A stretch of DNA of 64,000 nucleotides from an uncultured Nitrospiraceae bacterium (GCA_947085205.1 CAMTVO010000020.1:1-64000); one strand, 5' to 3'; positions 37,801-47,663 are shown, counted from the stretch's first letter. Program-made: numbers and translations. Notes: generated from the sequence alone by a model not told the origin.

Positions 37801-39001
37801 CGCAAAACACTTAAATGTAAGGGTTGGAAATAATGTTTACTCCATAGACAACTTCTATGAAAAGTTCTTTAATCCTGTTTATGTAGCATCTGTATTGCAG
37901 GGCAAAAAGGTTGAGGCTGTCGCAGATATAAGAAAAGGAATCTTAACGCCTCCAGATGTAAAGATTACCTCTCCTGAACCGAATAAGGAATTCAGCACTG
38001 ACACTGTAACAATAACCGTCTCTGCGAAAGACACAGGCGGAGGCATTGATGAGATACGGCTTTATCATAATGGCAAGGCAATAGGAGAAGATACGAGGGC
38101 TGTAAAGATAGTTCCAAAGGGCAATGAAACAATAAAGACATACACAGTTGCTCTCGTTGATGGACTTAACACATTCAGGGCAACGGCATTCAGCAAGGAC
38201 AGGACAGAATCAAACCCCTATGAACTGATCGTCAAACTTACTGCGCCTTCAAAAGATGTATCCATGTATGTCTTTGCAGTAGGCATAAATAAATACAAAA
38301 ACCCTGTATTAAACCTTAACTATGCAGAGCCTGATGCCAAAGGTATAGCGGACTTCTTCAAACAGAAAGGCACGGGATTATTCAAAAAAGTTGATGTCAG
38401 AGAGATTTACAATGAACAGGCGACAAAAGAGACAATAATCTCAAAACTTAACCAATTACAGAATACAAACCCGCAGGACGCTGTATTGATATACCTTGCA
38501 GGGCATGGAGAGAATGTAAATGACAAATGGTATTTCATCCCCCATGAACTGACCTATCCTGAAAGAGAAGAAGATGTAAAAACAAAAGGCATATCATCCG
38601 ATGAGCTTTCAGGGTATATAAAGAACATAAAGGCTCAGAAGATACTTGTTTTGATAGATGCGTGTAAATCAGGAGCGGTATTGATAGCATTCAGGGGCTT
38701 TGAAGACAGGAAGGCTCTATCACAATTGTCAAGGTCAACAGGGGTGCATATAGTAGCAGCATCAACAAAAGACCAGTTTGCAGCAGAGGTAAAGGAACTC
38801 GGTCATGGGGTATTCACATACACGCTTTTGGAGGGATTAAAAGGCAAGGCAGCAGGCAAAGGCGAGACTGTTACAGTGAGAAAACTGATGGGATATATAG
38901 AAGAAAAACTGCCGGAGATAACGAAGAAATACAAACAGGAGGCTCAATTCCCTGTGGTGGATTCACGGGGAATGGATTTTCCGCTGGTTTTGACTAAATA
39001 A
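34841..39001 (+). CDS. exported WD40-repeat + Ig-like + caspase (peptidase C14) protein
   Basis: Signal peptide, many GH...WD repeats, PPDVKITSP Ig-like linker, AVGINKY, YLAGHG and LIDACKSG dyad, GHGVFTYTLLEGL, QFP. Confidence 0.93.
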   Translation: MFRFKSLLRSLAVWFEVIAILSISPVSVSAAEKPEIFVQLGHTSSINVIAISPDNKFILSGSDDNSIKLWEAATGRLIRTFKDNEDINFVSFLPGGKSFFSLNDKGNVCIWDIQTGDKIKEFSLGETGQASLRSAISYDGAMLRVIVGLKLYVADILTGTITKSIESPKAAPVSGYLGFGFGSRNVITADGRRMLSSVKENPSESVMDSKDKKLMLWDISTGRIISTFTGHDDRIDVIALSLDDKLALSGSRDKTVRIWDLKRGKAIATFAGHQKQIEAVAISPDQKYVLSGSKDNTMKLWDIEAEKEIRTFAHDCPVTFVRFSPDGMFALSGDDKGALRIWDIKTGMEVKALKSYATNSRAMALSADGNYVLTGSNDGQVRLWDAASGKLQKTISAHREGISAVKFTPDGKYALSASYDKTLKLWDLSDGKLQRTFSGHPGQVYKAVISPDGLYALSSAQEGDVRLWNISSGAEIKAFKFSGMIKSIGFTADSRHLVIAHDQKKFGSGNTVKVLTLDGKEVKNYYDVSLGRYSNDGKYFLANSFKEPTDKEQRLFDSEAKQKKPFFRNDSYNKKTLVEIADGKVLGHFGQSGAIVYVSTSANNDIILTKNYYDQDIRLWDVRTGKEVRRFPVKFGLLSPDGSKVIAPAGKTLQAFDTATGRGLPAFNGSATGDISSFALSAKGGYAVTGDNTGAIQFWDVTGSKLIKTIKAEEREAISAVAFSPDNKYAASLSRFGAAKIWDLREGSKVSEFKIDFIPRYYDELEAGDYVDYGNGILAFSPDGRYLASGSKLWEVSSGKKALDFQTPFGPGPWVTFSPDGNYLLSRNTIWDVFSGRRVKTLESIKDAKSVYSSDGKFIYAADAEGSFYVVDSDTGKLVRKFVNFVSARSFEVSPDKKMLIAEETDYNDLTLWDLTSGKKSATIEINQSISSVLLSADARNAVLNNWVSVRQFNIATGKEIAQFISFTDGEWIVLTPEGYFNASPNGAKHLNVRVGNNVYSIDNFYEKFFNPVYVASVLQGKKVEAVADIRKGILTPPDVKITSPEPNKEFSTDTVTITVSAKDTGGGIDEIRLYHNGKAIGEDTRAVKIVPKGNETIKTYTVALVDGLNTFRATAFSKDRTESNPYELIVKLTAPSKDVSMYVFAVGINKYKNPVLNLNYAEPDAKGIADFFKQKGTGLFKKVDVREIYNEQATKETIISKLNQLQNTNPQDAVLIYLAGHGENVNDKWYFIPHELTYPEREEDVKTKGISSDELSGYIKNIKAQKILVLIDACKSGAVLIAFRGFEDRKALSQLSRSTGVHIVAASTKDQFAAEVKELGHGVFTYTLLEGLKGKAAGKGETVTVRKLMGYIEEKLPEITKKYKQEAQFPVVDSRGMDFPLVLTK

Positions 39002-39019
39002 AAGTTGGAATCACAGCTT

Positions 39020-39904
39020 TTAGTCGGTTTGTTTTAGTTGCTTGTCTATCAATTTTTTTATGCTTTCGGAAGTATCTGTATCGCCTGCACTCTCGCTCAC
39101 AGAAAGCGCCCTTTTGAAATAACCGAGCGCATCGTTAGTCTTTCCTTCTTTTAAAAAGGTCTTTCCTATCCCTATTAAATCCATTGCTATCTTTCTGCTT
39201 AATCCCAGTGTCTTATCTATGGAAAGGGCATCTTCATAGGATTTCCGCGCATCTTCGTATTCGGATCTCATCGCCTTTGCGTCTGCAATCAGTCTCAGAG
39301 AATTTGCCTTTTCGTTTTTGTGCCTGTCTTCCTTATTTGACTCAAGTCCTTTATTTCCATAAGATATGGCTGAAACGACATCACCTTTTTCAAAATATAT
39401 CCTTCCTTTGAGGTTGTAAATTTTGCCTATGTCGCTGCATTGAGAGCTTTGGCAAAAGGTTAATGACCTGTCCGCCCATTGCAATGCTTTGTCGTATTCG
39501 CCCTCATCCATATAGAGCATTGCCTTTAGAAAAGAAGCCTCAGAAAGATGTAATGGATTGTAGGCAACTGGGGACGGATTTAATATTTCATCGAGGCATT
39601 TATGTGCATTTTCTCCATCACTGAGCTTGCGATAAACAGCAGTTAAATTGACAATGTTTATCGCTGTGCCATCGATATTTTCGATGGAGCGGTTGATTTT
39701 AAGCGCCTCATTGTAAAGCCTGAGTGCATTTTCATAATCGCCGTTTTTTAATGAGGATTCTGCCCTCTGGTTGAACTTGACTGCTGTCAGATGGGCATCC
39801 GACAATGTTGCATGTTTTCCGCCGCAACCCATTAAAAACAGGCAAAAGGCGATAAAGAAAAACCTTTTACCCATTGCCCATAGTCTGTTATCTGTTTTAT
39901 TCAT
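39020..39904 (-). CDS. TPR lipoprotein
   Basis: Lipobox LMGC, TPR-like helices; last gene of the Mla-like operon. Confidence 0.8.
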   Translation of the reverse strand: MNKTDNRLWAMGKRFFFIAFCLFLMGCGGKHATLSDAHLTAVKFNQRAESSLKNGDYENALRLYNEALKINRSIENIDGTAINIVNLTAVYRKLSDGENAHKCLDEILNPSPVAYNPLHLSEASFLKAMLYMDEGEYDKALQWADRSLTFCQSSQCSDIGKIYNLKGRIYFEKGDVVSAISYGNKGLESNKEDRHKNEKANSLRLIADAKAMRSEYEDARKSYEDALSIDKTLGLSRKIAMDLIGIGKTFLKEGKTNDALGYFKRALSVSESAGDTDTSESIKKLIDKQLKQTD

Positions 39905-40853
39905 AGCTATCAGTATTTAATACCTTCTGTTCGGGTTCTTTTATGAATAGTCTTATTGGCCATATCCTTTTTACAGCATCGGTAACCTCTTTTGCTCCTT
40001 CTGCTGCGTCTTCACCTTTTCTGAGCGTGGACGGGATTTTAGGTGCTGTCTGTTCTGTCGCCTTTTTTATGTCTTCGGTCGTCTTCTGGATATTTTCGAG
40101 ACTCTTGTTTGTCTTTTCAAGCATATTCGGGATGTCCTTGTCCACTTTCTTTATGAGGCCGTCAACAGTGTCCATGGTCTGTTTTGTGGAATCGAGTATG
40201 GAGTCTATTTTCTTTGTTGTTGTCTTCACTCCTTTGTCAGCATCCTTCAGCAGGGCATTAAGATGTTGTTGTGTGGCAGGCAGGTCTTCCGACATTTTGC
40301 GGAGATTTTTTAATGTCTGTTTAACATCGCCCTGCGGGTCATTGATATAATGTATTATCTCTCTTACATCGCTGAGAACAGGCTTGATTTCTTCTTTCAA
40401 CTCTTCAGCTATTTCGCCGAGACCCTTTTCTCTTTCAAACTCGATTATTCCGTTTTCAGCAACCTGAGCTGCCTTTGCCGAACCCGGACTTATTTCGATA
40501 ACGCTGTCGCCTATGAACCCTTCTTTAAAGAGCCTTGCCTTTGAGTCTGTCTTTATCCATTTCATGTATTTGGTATTTATGGATAGTTCAACCTTCACCT
40601 TTGCCGCATCGTCCAGATAAAGCCTTTTAACCTTCCCTATTTTAAAGCCGCTGAGCTTAACCGCAGTGCCTTCGTTTATGCCCTGCCCGCTTTCCGCAAT
40701 AAAAAATATCCTCGTCTTTGGGGTGAATACATCGTGCTGTATGCCTATGAGTGCTATTGCTGCGAGAATCCCGGTAACTGCAATAAAGACAAACAATCCT
40801 ATCTTCTTCTCTATGCCCAAGAATCTTTCGTCTGCTTCTCTCATTAATCCCAC
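39897..40853 (-). CDS. MlaD/MCE-domain protein
   Basis: N-terminal TM, GINEGTAVKLSGFKIGKV, EGFIGDSVIEISPG, long helical tail. Confidence 0.9.
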   Translation of the reverse strand: MGLMREADERFLGIEKKIGLFVFIAVTGILAAIALIGIQHDVFTPKTRIFFIAESGQGINEGTAVKLSGFKIGKVKRLYLDDAAKVKVELSINTKYMKWIKTDSKARLFKEGFIGDSVIEISPGSAKAAQVAENGIIEFEREKGLGEIAEELKEEIKPVLSDVREIIHYINDPQGDVKQTLKNLRKMSEDLPATQQHLNALLKDADKGVKTTTKKIDSILDSTKQTMDTVDGLIKKVDKDIPNMLEKTNKSLENIQKTTEDIKKATEQTAPKIPSTLRKGEDAAEGAKEVTDAVKRIWPIRLFIKEPEQKVLNTDSYE

Positions 40854-40872
40854 AGCGTTTACCTCTTAAACA

Positions 40873-41514
40873 TTATAAATTCAGGGTAGTGTCTGCCTTT
40901 ACATTTTTTACCGACTGCTCATCGAAGGTTACATAAACGGATGTCCTGCCTGATTTTTCGGAATGAAAATCCATGGTCATTTTTGTCAATCTATCCGACA
41001 TCTCAGGACTTAGCCCTTCGCATATAGAGTCGTATATCATCAATTCGGGTTCCATGAGCATTGCCCTCACAAGACCTATAATCTTTTTTTCATGAAACGG
41101 CAACGGCCCGGGAAGTCTTCCCATCAATTCCTTGAGATATGAAATCTCTATCCCTGCCTCTTTGAATTTTTGAATGGCTTTCTCTTCCATATCCTCCGGC
41201 TTTTTCCCTGTGTGATACCATGCAGGTAGCACTATATTCTCCCATACCTTGAGATTGCTGATTAAACCCCCGTCCTTCAAAACCGTCCCGACCCTGCTGA
41301 AAAGTCTGTTTAGCTCCTTTTCGGAAAGGACATACACTTCTTCATCGAATAAAAAGACCCTGCCGTGTTCCGGCCTTTGGAGTCCCAGAATGACGTTGAG
41401 CAATTTTCTGTTTTCATAATCCGAGTTTGTGACAACCTTGTATACGGAGCCTCCCCTTATCCTGAAGGAGAGGGCATTAAAATCTTCCGTGGTTATGTTT
41501 TCGAGCCTTATCAT
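40873..41514 (-). CDS. MlaF-like ABC ATPase with degenerate catalytic motifs
   Basis: GLQRPEHGRV, LISNLKVWENI, VRAMLMEPELMIYD are kept; Walker A reads TNSDYENRK. Confidence 0.8.
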   Translation of the reverse strand: MIRLENITTEDFNALSFRIRGGSVYKVVTNSDYENRKLLNVILGLQRPEHGRVFLFDEEVYVLSEKELNRLFSRVGTVLKDGGLISNLKVWENIVLPAWYHTGKKPEDMEEKAIQKFKEAGIEISYLKELMGRLPGPLPFHEKKIIGLVRAMLMEPELMIYDSICEGLSPEMSDRLTKMTMDFHSEKSGRTSVYVTFDEQSVKNVKADTTLNL

Positions 41515-42284
41515 GCGAACGATATAAGGGTAATTATACCATCAAATATGAATACTAAAAATAGGCTTTGCATAACCGCTCTTGTGGCTGCCTGCGGAAT
41601 CTCTGTTATTGAAGACTTAACGCTGAATCCCTGGTAGCACGAAACTATAGAGATCAACAGTCCAAACACAAGGCTTTTTAATAAAGAGACAACCACCTCG
41701 AATATGCGGAGCGCTGAAAAGATACCCTTAAGATGCTGCAAAAAAGGCAGTTCCATGAAAATAGATGTGAATGCCAGTCCGCCTGCAATTGCCATCACCT
41801 GAAAGTAAAATGCGAGTATAAAGACAGAGACCGTAATCCCTGCAACCCTCGGAACAATGAGATAATCAAAAGGATTAATCCCCATAATCCTGAGGCTGTC
41901 GGTCTCCCTGTTGACCTTCATCGAGCCGAGCTCCGACGAAATGGCAGTGCCGCTTCTTGCTATGATTATTATGGCTGCAAATAGCGGGCCGAGTTCCCTT
42001 ACCACTGTCCAGATTAATATCTTGCCTGTAAGTACTGCATTTGAGCCAACAAGATTCACTATCTGGGTGATGATAACGATTCCTATCAATATCCCGATTG
42101 CAGCCACTTTGCTCAGGGCTTCTATCCCTGTGAAATATATTTGTTTGTAAAATACAGAACGGATTGGCGCTCTTCGCAGCAATGAAATGTTTCTGATGGA
42201 GTAGCAGAGCAGTTCATAATAGCCCTCTAAATATTTAAAGGCATTGATTATGTTCCTCCCAATTTTCTGAGCAGTTGTTGTCAT
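41511..42284 (-). CDS. MlaE-family ABC permease
   Basis: QIYFTGIEAL, VRELGPL, ARSGTAISSELGSMKV, LIVPRV, IPQAATRAV. Confidence 0.92.
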   Translation of the reverse strand: MTTTAQKIGRNIINAFKYLEGYYELLCYSIRNISLLRRAPIRSVFYKQIYFTGIEALSKVAAIGILIGIVIITQIVNLVGSNAVLTGKILIWTVVRELGPLFAAIIIIARSGTAISSELGSMKVNRETDSLRIMGINPFDYLIVPRVAGITVSVFILAFYFQVMAIAGGLAFTSIFMELPFLQHLKGIFSALRIFEVVVSLLKSLVFGLLISIVSCYQGFSVKSSITEIPQAATRAVMQSLFLVFIFDGIITLISFA

Positions 42285-42407
42285 CAATCAAATTTTATCA
42301 TAATCAGACGATTTTGAACGGAGAATAAAGAAAAAATTAATGTTTAAGGTTTTTTGAAATATGATAGAATTGAAATACTTAGAGTTCAAGTGGAAGCATA
42401 TCCTGAA

Positions 42408-43106
42408 ATGAAAAGAGACAAAAATGCGGCATTGATTATGGAGTTTCTCAAAGAGCTCCCTGTCTTCAAGGGTCTCTCTGACAGCCATTTAATGCAGTTG
42501 TCCGGCGATTTCATTATCCGCAATATAAATAAAGGCAAGACCATATTTTACCAGTCGGACAACAGCACAGACCTTTACATCGTCCTTGAGGGCGCAGTGA
42601 GGGCATCTCTCCTGAACAATGAAGGAGAGGAGATGATACTTGCGATATTCTGCAAGGGTGACTTTTTCGGAGAGATGAGCCTCCTCGACGGCAAGCCGAG
42701 GTCTGCAACAATGATAGCAATGGAAGACGCATCTCTCGGCATACTAAAAAGGGAGAAGTTCCTCCTTGCAGTCAAAAATAACCCCATGATTGCTATTGAC
42801 CTGCTCTCGGCAATTGTCCAGAGGATGAGAATGGCAAACGGGATGATAGAGTCGCTCGCCTTTTTAGATGTCGGTCAGAGGCTTGTGAGGCTTCTTATGC
42901 AGATAGCCCGGACAGAGGGAGAGAAAGATAAGAGCGGTTTTTTCAGGATAAAAAGGCTTACCCACAGGGAACTTGCAGCACACACAGGCGCATCAAGGGA
43001 AGCCATAACCAAGGTTATGAAGGTACTTGCCTTTAGAGATGTAGTAAAAGAGGAAGACGGTTATTTCCTGATTTCTCCTGATGCAGAAGATGTGTATAAC
43101 GAATAA
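42408..43106 (+). CDS. CRP/FNR-family cyclic-nucleotide-binding transcription regulator
   Basis: Phosphate-binding cassette FFGEMSLLDGKPRSAT; HTH LTHRELAAHTGASREAITK; divergent from the mla operon. Confidence 0.93.
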   Translation: MKRDKNAALIMEFLKELPVFKGLSDSHLMQLSGDFIIRNINKGKTIFYQSDNSTDLYIVLEGAVRASLLNNEGEEMILAIFCKGDFFGEMSLLDGKPRSATMIAMEDASLGILKREKFLLAVKNNPMIAIDLLSAIVQRMRMANGMIESLAFLDVGQRLVRLLMQIARTEGEKDKSGFFRIKRLTHRELAAHTGASREAITKVMKVLAFRDVVKEEDGYFLISPDAEDVYNE

Positions 43107-43126
43107 CAATGCAGTGAAATATGCAA

Positions 43127-43167
43127 GTGAATTTTCACTTGACACTATAAGTACGCCATTCTACACT
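43127..43167 (+). promoter_or_regulatory. locus motif copy 5 (symmetrical) plus sigma70 promoter
   Basis: AA-GTGAATTTTCAC-TT, then TTGACA-N17-TACACT, directly downstream of the crp-like gene. Confidence 0.85.
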
Positions 43168-43192
43168 TACTTAATCTGTGCGGTATTAAAGT

Positions 43193-44407
43193 TTGGCTGA
43201 ATCAGGAGGGTTTATTTCGGTGTATAAAAATGTGGTTTTGATTTTTCTGTTTGTCTGTGTTTTTTTCGTATCAGAAGGACTGTGCGAGGTAAAATGTATT
43301 GACTCGGAAGGCGAAGCTGTCATCATGAACAATGATGTTCCCTCTGCAAAGGCAGAGGCCATTGCGCGGGCGAAATGGTCAGCTATTGAACAGACCGTTG
43401 GTGTTGAGGTAAAGGCACAATCTGTAGTCCAGAATATGGCCCTTGTTGACGATGCTGTGAGCAAGCAGATAAGAGGTGTGGTTACAGGGCATAAAATAGT
43501 GAAGGAAGAAAACAGGAAGGACACTATTTGGGTAAAAATAAATGCCTGTGTAGAACCCACAAAGGCCAAGGAAGCGGTTTCATCTCTTGCGCTTAATAAT
43601 TCTATAGCCGTGTTTATACCTGCAAGAAAGCCGAAAGTAGTAAAGGAATTCGAAGAGAAATACAAAACCCCTTACGGCAAAACACAGAGGAGCGGGCTTG
43701 AGACAAGGGACGAATATGACGAGACGAATATACTGTCCGAAACGCTCATAGGCAGACTTATCGAGCAGGGGTATACGGTTGCCGATGTAGCTCCTACCCA
43801 CGCAATGGAGGCGAGGGAAGTAGAGGACGCGATAAAAAGCGGCAATTTTCTTACGCTGAGAACCCTTATGTATAAGTTTCTTTCCAACGTGATCCTCATA
43901 GGCAAGGTAGATTACGCCATTTCCACAAGGAAGGGTGAGGATATAGGATACGGGGTCTCCATGCCTTTTAATAATGTGACCGTAAGGCTTACGTACCGCA
44001 TCGTAATCCGCGATGCCTCGGGCAGAACGGTTATTCTTACCGCAGGAACCGAAGAAGGGAAAGGGCTTGCGATTAACGTGGAAAATGCCGCTGCCAACGG
44101 CATGAAGGATCTGTCGCAAAAGATTACGCCGGCTATTCTTGAAAAGGTTTCCCGGTATATAAAGGGAGTTGCAAAGAAGGTGCAGGTCAAGGTTACAGGC
44201 GTTAGTGATATGAGCACCAATTTTGAGGTCAAGGAAATTCTCCAGAATATAGCATGGGTAACGAATGTTGAAGAAAAGGGCCTCGGCGAGTTTATCGTAA
44301 GCTATCCTGAAAATTCGGTATACCTGGCAAACAGCATAAGCCAGAAGAGCAATTTAAAAATAATAGAATTTTCACCATATGCGATAACTGCTGTATATCA
44401 TAAATAA
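43193..44407 (+). CDS. exported FlgT-N-like domain protein (start uncertain)
   Basis: SEGEAVI...AKAEAIARAKWSAIEQTVGVEV module followed by an alpha/beta domain. Confidence 0.7.
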   Translation: MAESGGFISVYKNVVLIFLFVCVFFVSEGLCEVKCIDSEGEAVIMNNDVPSAKAEAIARAKWSAIEQTVGVEVKAQSVVQNMALVDDAVSKQIRGVVTGHKIVKEENRKDTIWVKINACVEPTKAKEAVSSLALNNSIAVFIPARKPKVVKEFEEKYKTPYGKTQRSGLETRDEYDETNILSETLIGRLIEQGYTVADVAPTHAMEAREVEDAIKSGNFLTLRTLMYKFLSNVILIGKVDYAISTRKGEDIGYGVSMPFNNVTVRLTYRIVIRDASGRTVILTAGTEEGKGLAINVENAAANGMKDLSQKITPAILEKVSRYIKGVAKKVQVKVTGVSDMSTNFEVKEILQNIAWVTNVEEKGLGEFIVSYPENSVYLANSISQKSNLKIIEFSPYAITAVYHK

Positions 44408-44428
44408 GAATAGGAGGAAGTAAGATTT

Positions 44429-45400
44429 ATGAAGAAGTCAATGATTTTAAAATTAGTGCTGATGATTATATTTTGTGGATATGTAACATTCCAATCTCCG
44501 CATGCATTTGCTGGCATTAAAAAAATAGCCGTTCTTGATTTTGAAGATGCATCTGCGACTATGCAAAACCAAGCAAAAAATCCATTGTATGTAATTATGG
44601 CATTAAAGGGGCAGCCGCTGCCTCAAAATGAGAAAGGCAAAATTGGAAGGGCGGTCGCAGACATGCTAATTACAGAGTTAGTAAAAGACGGAACATTTAA
44701 AGTAGTAGAGAGGAGCCAGCTTGAGAAAATCTTAAGCGAACAGAAATTATCTGTAAGTGGAGTTATTGATCCTTCAGAGGTGGCTAAACTGGGAAAGATA
44801 TTGGGAGTAAGTGCTGTTATTGCGGGGAGCGTTACCCAGTTTAATACAGATACATCTACAACGGGCATTCTGGGTATAGGAGTTAAAACAACTACAGCAA
44901 AGGTTGCAGTGAATGCAAGATTAATAGACACATCGACTGCTGAGGTATTAGTAGCAGTACAAGGGAATGGAGAAGAAGCAAAATCAGGAGTAAAGGTTGG
45001 AGATTTGGTTAATGTAGACCATTCGGAGTTTGAAAACTCTCTTATGGGTATCGCAACTAAAAAGGCAGTCGAAGATATTATTAAGCAGGTAAAGGAGCAA
45101 TCATCAAAATTGAAGGATGCTGTTATAAATACAACTGTTGTGTATTTTGATAAGAATAACAAAAGCTGTATTATTGATGCTGGAAAAGAAGCAGGCATCG
45201 AAAAAGACATGCCATTATATGTAATAAAGATTATTAAAGAGATAAAAAGTCCTTCGACAGGGGCTGTTATAAAACGAATAACGGATGTAATTGCGGAATT
45301 AAAAGTAACAGAAGTAGACAAGGCATCTGCAACTGCTATTTGTATTGAAGGAAAATGTGATGAAATCAGAGAGATGGATGTTGTTTCTACCGCCAAATGA
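44429..45400 (+). CDS. CsgG/HfaB-family protein with FlgT-C-like tail
   Basis: IAVLDF, FKVVERSQLEKILSEQKL, GSVTQF, ARLIDTSTAEV; C-terminal IDAGKEAGI...IKSPSTG. Confidence 0.85.
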   Translation: MKKSMILKLVLMIIFCGYVTFQSPHAFAGIKKIAVLDFEDASATMQNQAKNPLYVIMALKGQPLPQNEKGKIGRAVADMLITELVKDGTFKVVERSQLEKILSEQKLSVSGVIDPSEVAKLGKILGVSAVIAGSVTQFNTDTSTTGILGIGVKTTTAKVAVNARLIDTSTAEVLVAVQGNGEEAKSGVKVGDLVNVDHSEFENSLMGIATKKAVEDIIKQVKEQSSKLKDAVINTTVVYFDKNNKSCIIDAGKEAGIEKDMPLYVIKIIKEIKSPSTGAVIKRITDVIAELKVTEVDKASATAICIEGKCDEIREMDVVSTAK

Positions 45401-45418
45401 GATAATAACTTAATCGAT

Positions 45419-45459
45419 GTGAAAATTACCTTTACATAGGCTTTCAGAGGGAGTAAACT
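45419..45459 (+). promoter_or_regulatory. locus motif copy 6 plus sigma70 promoter
   Basis: GTGAAAATTACC-TTTACA-N17-TAAACT. Confidence 0.8.
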
Positions 45460-45497
45460 TGCTTCAGAATGGCAAATGAAAACAGGAGGTGTTGTAA

Positions 45498-46712
45498 ATG
45501 AATAAAAAATGCATGTCGGTATTCTTAAGTTTATTGTCACTGGTCTTTATCTTTGGATGCACAAAGCAGGAGGTTGCGAAATGTACATCTCCCGAGGACA
45601 ATCCCCAGCATCACTATCTAATGGGAATGAAGGCTCTTGAGGAAGGGAAAATTGACGTTGCGCAGAGCAAGTTCGACAGGGCTGTTTACTGCGAAGAAAA
45701 ATTCTCTCCTGCTTACAGCGGACTTGCCGTTGTAACTGCAGAGAAGGTTAAAAAACAGACAGATGCGGGATTTAGAAAGGTTGAGATTGACAGGGCGATG
45801 GAATATCTGAAAAAGGCAAATAAACTCTCAGAAACCAATGAAGATAAGTTTGATTACCTTATGGCAGCTATCAGGGTTCATACCGCCCTCAAACCGAACA
45901 ACTGGCTTAAAACAGTAGAAGAGGCCTTTGGAGATATTCGTGAATTAAAAGTTGATGAAAATAAATTGATATACTATCAGGGCACCGAGGCCGCACAGTA
46001 TTTCATGGGCCTTGCCTATCTCGAGGCGCTCGAATTCCAGCAGGCAAGAGATAAATTTGCTGATGTGCTTAATGCAAAGAGAGAGGGTAAATGGCATGAA
46101 AGGGCTGACAAGGCATGGAAAAAGGCAGACAAGATTGTCCGTGCAATGGCTGGAATAACAGTTGGTGATGTCGGCAAAAAAATAGCTGTCAAGGATACCG
46201 TTACACGCGGTGATTTAGCAGCACTGCTTATTGACGAAATGAAGATTGATAAACTCTTTGCAGGCCGTATACCTGTTCAATCCATGATTGATAAAATGAA
46301 GGCTGAATTTACACCTGCAGATATACTGAATTACCATTTTAAGGAAGAGATACTTACGATCATGAAGTGGAAGGTAAGGGGATTGGAGCCGAAATACGAT
46401 ACCGCAACTCAGGCGTATCTCTTTAAGCCTACGGATGTGGTGAAACGCGGGGAGATGGCGTTTATCCTCGAAGACGTTTTGATAAAGCTCACCGGAGACG
46501 AGAAGATAGCAACGGCGTTTTTCGGCCATGCGAAATCGCCGTTCCCTGATGTAAGGGCGACTTCACCGTTTTATAACGCGGTTATGAATATGACGTCGAG
46601 AGGAATAATGGAAGGCGAGCTTTCCGGTGATTTCAGGATAGATGCGCCTGTGGATGGGGCGGAGGCGCTTCTTGCCCTGAGGGTGTTGAAACAAAAAATG
46701 AATATTTATTAA
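45498..46712 (+). CDS. lipoprotein with TPR-like and S-layer homology (SLH) repeats
   Basis: Lipobox IFGC; VTRGDLA, FKPTDVVKRGEMA, FPDV...RGIMEG...F. Confidence 0.8.
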   Translation: MNKKCMSVFLSLLSLVFIFGCTKQEVAKCTSPEDNPQHHYLMGMKALEEGKIDVAQSKFDRAVYCEEKFSPAYSGLAVVTAEKVKKQTDAGFRKVEIDRAMEYLKKANKLSETNEDKFDYLMAAIRVHTALKPNNWLKTVEEAFGDIRELKVDENKLIYYQGTEAAQYFMGLAYLEALEFQQARDKFADVLNAKREGKWHERADKAWKKADKIVRAMAGITVGDVGKKIAVKDTVTRGDLAALLIDEMKIDKLFAGRIPVQSMIDKMKAEFTPADILNYHFKEEILTIMKWKVRGLEPKYDTATQAYLFKPTDVVKRGEMAFILEDVLIKLTGDEKIATAFFGHAKSPFPDVRATSPFYNAVMNMTSRGIMEGELSGDFRIDAPVDGAEALLALRVLKQKMNIY

Positions 46713-46739
46713 GAAACATATTTTGAAGAGGAGGAGATT

Positions 46740-47660
46740 ATGAGAAGGACAATATTTATCATGGTGTTGTTAATAATGGGGTTGACTGGCATCGCGTTTG
46801 CCCAGCAGCCGCCGTCAACTGCGGCCATTGACGCGAGGTTTGCGGCTGCCAACGAATGGTTGAACAAGAACAATCTTTCCGTTACGGCAGCGCCGGAGCA
46901 GGCGTTTATCAACGACTATATATTGGTCGTCGGGGAGGGTTTGCCGTCACCAAGCGCAAAGTCCCCCACGCAGAGGCGGTTAACCGCTGAAAGGGCTGCA
47001 ACAGCGGTTGCTTATCGCCAGCTGACCGAATTCATAGAGGGGTTTGCCCTTGTTGGAGATACCCTCGTTAAGGATGCGGAGCTTCAGTATGACGTGATAA
47101 GGGTGGCTGTCGCAGGTTTTGTAAAAGGCGCACAACTGGTCTATAAGGAATACAATCCTCAGGAAGACTCTGCCCTCGTGATAGTTAAAATAGGGATGAC
47201 CGGTCCGCAAAGCTTTGCCAAGACAATGTATGAGAAGATGCTGGGCGATCCGAAAATCAAAAAAGATATTATAGGAGTGCCGGGACCTGAATACAGGCAC
47301 AAACCGGTTCCGCTCGAAGAAAAATATGACGGCCTTATTATCGATGCCACGGGACAGAGCTTCAGGCCGGCGCTGATAAACAGGATATTCACGCCCAAGG
47401 GAGACGTGCTCTACGACCCGTCGAAGATAAGCCAGAAGATTTTGGTAGAGCAAGGATGCGGCGAATACACGAACAGCGTTGAAAAGGCAAAGGCCGCGCT
47501 GGAGTCAAGAGGGGTGAAGAATCCCCTTGTCGTAACCGCTTCCGGGACCGTTACGGCATCGGATTTACAGGTAAGCAACGATGACGCCGTAAGGATATAT
47601 TCCGCAAACCAGAAGGCCAATTTTTTTGCCTCGGCTAAGGTGGCTTTTGTATTGAAGTAA
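46740..47660 (+). CDS. exported LPP20-like protein
   Basis: Signal peptide AFA-Q; VVGEG...AERAATAVAYRQLTEFIEG; YDGLIIDA...PALINRI. Confidence 0.7.
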   Translation: MRRTIFIMVLLIMGLTGIAFAQQPPSTAAIDARFAAANEWLNKNNLSVTAAPEQAFINDYILVVGEGLPSPSAKSPTQRRLTAERAATAVAYRQLTEFIEGFALVGDTLVKDAELQYDVIRVAVAGFVKGAQLVYKEYNPQEDSALVIVKIGMTGPQSFAKTMYEKMLGDPKIKKDIIGVPGPEYRHKPVPLEEKYDGLIIDATGQSFRPALINRIFTPKGDVLYDPSKISQKILVEQGCGEYTNSVEKAKAALESRGVKNPLVVTASGTVTASDLQVSNDDAVRIYSANQKANFFASAKVAFVLK

Positions 47661-47663
47661 TAA

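Noticed and set aside
44623..45540. 305-aa minus-strand ORF
   Set aside because: Antisense to the CsgG-like gene; Ser/Thr/Ile/Phe-rich shadow composition with no motifs.
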